NCBI GenBank assembly: GCA_000091165.1
Contig: FP565575.1
Span: forward strand, 2,700,001-2,732,000
Direction of reading: 5' to 3'
Source of the DNA: Candidatus Methylomirabilis oxygeniifera
GTDB taxonomy: Bacteria > Methylomirabilota > Methylomirabilia > Methylomirabilales > Methylomirabilaceae
Length of the DNA: 32,000 nucleotides
A program made the position numbers and the translations under genes. Below are positions 29,700 through 32,000 of this stretch, piece by piece (position 1 is the stretch's first letter; every line of letters starts with the position of its first letter). The notes under the pieces are model-generated. The model was not told where the DNA came from, made no database searches, and saw nothing but the letters and a program-made list of their open reading frames with translations.

Positions 29700-29915
29700 T
29701 CAGGTTCCGCCAAATCCGACGGTGACTTTGCCCTTCTCGACAATAACCGGGACATCACGTGAGCCTTTCGATAACTCCAACATCTGTGCGAGCGCCTTCG
29801 GGTCCTGCTTGACATTGAGGTAGGTGAACGGGACCTTCCGCCTGGCATAGTCCTCACGGGCTGCCGAGGTATAGGGTCAGGTATCCTTCCCGTAGATGAC
29901 GACCGGTTCGTCCAT
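29700..29915 (-). CDS. Glutaredoxin-like UXX-star family (seleno)protein with in-frame TGA at 29877-29879
   Basis: ATG at 29915 preceded by SD TTGGAGGAGGCAG; reads MDEPVVIYGKDT(TGA)PYTSAAREDYARRKVPFTYLNVKQDPKALAQMLELSKGSRDVPVIVEKGKVTVGFGGT*. Both sides of the TGA are one continuous thioredoxin-fold protein in the same frame. Confidence 0.78.
29841..29869 (-). promoter_or_regulatory. Candidate bacterial SECIS hairpin
   Basis: Minus strand 3' of the TGA: CCU-c-GGCA / GCCCGUGAGGACUA / UGCC-AGG, a 7-bp stem with one bulged C, starting 7 nt after the TGA. An inner CC/GG pairing would leave a CGUGA apical loop 18 nt from the TGA. Confidence 0.45.
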
Positions 29916-29956
29916 CTGCCTCCTCCAATCTTTCGGGTCCGTCTGATTCCAGCGCG

Positions 29957-30301
29957 TCAGACCCGCGTCGTAAATCGTTCGGCCTCTGTGGTCAACCGCT
30001 CGTAGGCAAGCTTGATGTCGCGGATCTGCGGGTACAGCTCCTGGATCTTCTCGTGGGGGAGCGGGATGATCCGGCTCAGTTCAGTCAGCCGCTCCCCAAC
30101 CAGCTTGGCCCGTCGAAGGATATCGAGCTTTTTATCGGCCGGCGGGCTCAGCGCTGCCCCCTCCAGGAGTACAAGCATCCCGTCCTCATCTTGAGCCCGG
30201 CACAGCTCGTCCAACTGCTGCGCCTGGGTCTCATTGAGACCGCTTTCCCGCAGGGCATTCAACGCCTTCATCCGGTCGATTCGATAGCGGATGTCGAGCA
30301 T
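29957..30301 (-). CDS. Hypothetical protein, 114 aa, directly upstream of the UXX-star gene
   Basis: Start at 30301 preceded by AAGGAGAGAG; charged helical sequence ...NETQAQQLDELCRAQDEDGMLVLLEGAALSPPADKKLDILRRAKLVGERLTELSRI...; 41 bp from the next gene on the same strand. Confidence 0.65.
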   Translation of the reverse strand: MLDIRYRIDRMKALNALRESGLNETQAQQLDELCRAQDEDGMLVLLEGAALSPPADKKLDILRRAKLVGERLTELSRIIPLPHEKIQELYPQIRDIKLAYERLTTEAERFTTRV

Positions 30302-30555
30302 TCTCTCTCCTTACGCGCGCGCCGTGGATGTATCAGGCGCAATCCGGCACTATCTCACACCTCTGCGCCAAAGCCGAATGCAGGGGGTCGGGTGTGAGTC
30401 TATCATCTGACTCTATGGCCACTCTATATCAGCAGAATTTCGACGTCTTGTCAACGGTCATGTGGTCTTTTCATCCCGCGTGGTCGCTATCCGGCCATGA
30501 TATGATGTGTTATCATAATGTACTACGGGATAGCGAAGGAGGAATCGGACCCGAC

Positions 30556-31221
30556 ATGAAATTCCCATTTGCCCTTGACCGCCTGGCTGCGCAAGATATT
30601 CGAATGATTTTTCGCGTCGTCGCAGAGTTCGTCGACGGGTTGGAGGCGCTCGCCGCGATTCCGCCGGCTGTCTCTGTCTTCGGATCGACGCATATCGGAC
30701 GAGATGATCCCGCCTACATGATGGCCGAACAGATCGGCCGCTTGTTGGCCAAGCACGGGTATGCCGTCATCACGGGCGGGGGTCCTGGAGCCATGGAGGC
30801 GGCGAATAAAGGCGCCTACGAGGCGGGTGGTGTATCGGTCGGCCTCAACATTGAGCTTCCTCAGCAGCAGGCACCGAACCCATACCTGACCAACCTTGTA
30901 AATTTCCAGCACTTCTTCGTCCGGAAGGTCATGTTCGTGAAGCACTCCATCGCGTTCGTCATCCTGCCGGGCGGCTTTGGCACCCTGGATGAGCTGTTTG
31001 AGTCGATTACACTGATCCAGACCAGGAAGATCAAGCCGTTTCCGGTCATCCTGACAGACGACGATTACTGGCGCGGTTTACAGGAGTGGCTCCGTGATAC
31101 TGTTATGAGCGAGGGGAAGATCTCGCCGGACGACCTCGCGCTACTCAAGGTGGCTCATAGCCCTGAAGAGGTCATCCAGGTCATCAAGAACTCCTCAACC
31201 TCCAATTCTCTGACCCTCTGA
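30556..31221 (+). CDS. LOG family / TIGR00730 Rossmann-fold protein (lysine-decarboxylase-like)
   Basis: VSVFGSTHIGRDDPAYMMAEQIGRLLAKHGYAVITGGGPGAMEAANKGAYEAGG...FVILPGGFGTLDELFE; matches the PGGxGTxxE motif. Start taken at 30556; a longer N-terminus is possible. Confidence 0.9.
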   Translation: MKFPFALDRLAAQDIRMIFRVVAEFVDGLEALAAIPPAVSVFGSTHIGRDDPAYMMAEQIGRLLAKHGYAVITGGGPGAMEAANKGAYEAGGVSVGLNIELPQQQAPNPYLTNLVNFQHFFVRKVMFVKHSIAFVILPGGFGTLDELFESITLIQTRKIKPFPVILTDDDYWRGLQEWLRDTVMSEGKISPDDLALLKVAHSPEEVIQVIKNSSTSNSLTL

Positions 31222-31248
31222 AATCTTCCGTCCAGTACGGTCAGCCCA

Positions 31249-31908
31249 TTGGCCACCAACCGGCAGATCACTGAAGTCCTGCAGCAGGTCCGACATGCGA
31301 TCAGCGTGTGGGAGCCCGCCGTCGTGGGCAAGATCGCCGAGGACTCCCGCGATCCGTTTCGGGTCCTGATCTCTTGTATCCTGAGCCAGCAGACCAAGGA
31401 TCAGATTACGGGTGAAGCCTCGGAGCGGCTGTATCGACTTGCCGATCGACCCGACACGATACTCGCGCTGAGTGAGCTACAGATCGCCAGAGCCATCTAC
31501 CCGGTCAGTTTCTATAAGACGAAGGCTCGAACCATCCGCAAGGTCTGCCAGGATCTGCTCACTCGTTTCGATGGGCGCGTCCCCGATACAATCGAGGCCC
31601 TTCTTAGCCTCACCGGCGTCGGCCGGAAGACCGCCAACCTTGTCGTAACAGTCGGTTACAGAAAGCCGGGGATCTGCGTTGATACGCATGTCCATCGGAT
31701 CTCGAATCGCTGGGGTTACGTCAGCACCAGGACCCCCGAGCAGACCGAGATGGCCCTCCGATTGAAGCTGCCGAAGCGGCATTGGATCTATTACAATGAC
31801 CTGTTGGTCCCGTTCGGTCAGAACCTCTGCCGACCGATCTCTCCCTTTTGTAGTCGCTGCCCCATCGAGCGCTGGTGCGCCAAGGTCGGCGTGGCGATGC
31901 ATCGCTGA
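31249..31908 (+). CDS. nth: Endonuclease III
   Basis: HhH motif LLSLTGVGRKTANLVV, catalytic region VDTHVHRISNRWG, and FeS-cluster loop CRPISPFCSRCPIERWC (C-x6-C-x2-C-x5-C). TTG start. Confidence 0.93.
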   Translation: MATNRQITEVLQQVRHAISVWEPAVVGKIAEDSRDPFRVLISCILSQQTKDQITGEASERLYRLADRPDTILALSELQIARAIYPVSFYKTKARTIRKVCQDLLTRFDGRVPDTIEALLSLTGVGRKTANLVVTVGYRKPGICVDTHVHRISNRWGYVSTRTPEQTEMALRLKLPKRHWIYYNDLLVPFGQNLCRPISPFCSRCPIERWCAKVGVAMHR

Positions 31909-31910
31909 GG

Positions 31911-32000
31911 TTACACATCAAAGACGACTCGCGCGTGCCAGCGATCGTCGACTTTGTGACATTCGAGCAGATGGTAGGTGGCGGCCTTCACCACGCCCTT
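31911..32000 (-). CDS. Archease-like protein, C-terminal 29 residues (5' end outside window)
   Basis: Reverse-strand translation from the window edge: KGVVKAATYHLLECHKVDDRWHARVVFDV*, matching the typical archease/SHS2 C-terminus (...KAVTYH.LEV...W.ARV.FDV). Not in the ORF track. Confidence 0.7.
   Translation of the reverse strand, partial: KGVVKAATYHLLECHKVDDRWHARVVFDV

Noticed and set aside
29663-29857. 64-aa minus-strand ORF in the UXX-star region
   Set aside because: Out-of-frame (Ser/Arg-rich) translation of the UXX-star gene.

Overview
The window is an ordinary bacterial chromosomal segment with about 28 supported protein-coding genes. No RNA genes, CRISPR arrays or intact transposons were recognised. 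The backbone is: a SAM methyltransferase; a ketopantoate reductase; a ParE-type toxin-antitoxin pair; an NtrB/NtrC-like two-component pair; a NUDIX hydrolase; an alpha/beta hydrolase; a metallophosphoesterase; a half-length TauE/SafE protein; a SurA_N/PpiD-like protein; the elongasome cluster mreB-mreC-mreD-mrdA-rodA; then ileS-lspA-rluD; a REC/HAMP/PAS/GAF/GGDEF diguanylate cyclase; a methyltransferase plus alanine dehydrogenase; a HAD phosphatase; a yeast-FCY1-like cytosine deaminase; a second toxin-antitoxin pair; a LOG/TIGR00730 protein; endonuclease III; and the 3' end of an archease-like gene. The most interesting item is missing from the supplied ORF track. At 29700..29915 on the minus strand there is a small glutaredoxin-like gene, MDEPVVIYGKDT-(TGA)-PYTSAAREDYARRKVPFTYLNVKQDPKALAQMLELSKGSRDVPVIVEKGKVTVGFGGT. 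Its in-frame TGA falls exactly at the redox-active position of the UXX-star (seleno)protein type and is followed by a plausible bacterial SECIS hairpin. It is flanked by a 114-aa hypothetical gene and an untracked 38-aa single-TM microprotein ORF, all on the same strand. Other points of note are decayed TA and zinc-ribbon gene fragments, several dispersed palindromic repeat families, telomere-like TAGGGT/TTTAGGG repeats flanking ileS (one reaches into its 3' end), and an in-frame heptamer repeat expansion inside the RluD-family gene.
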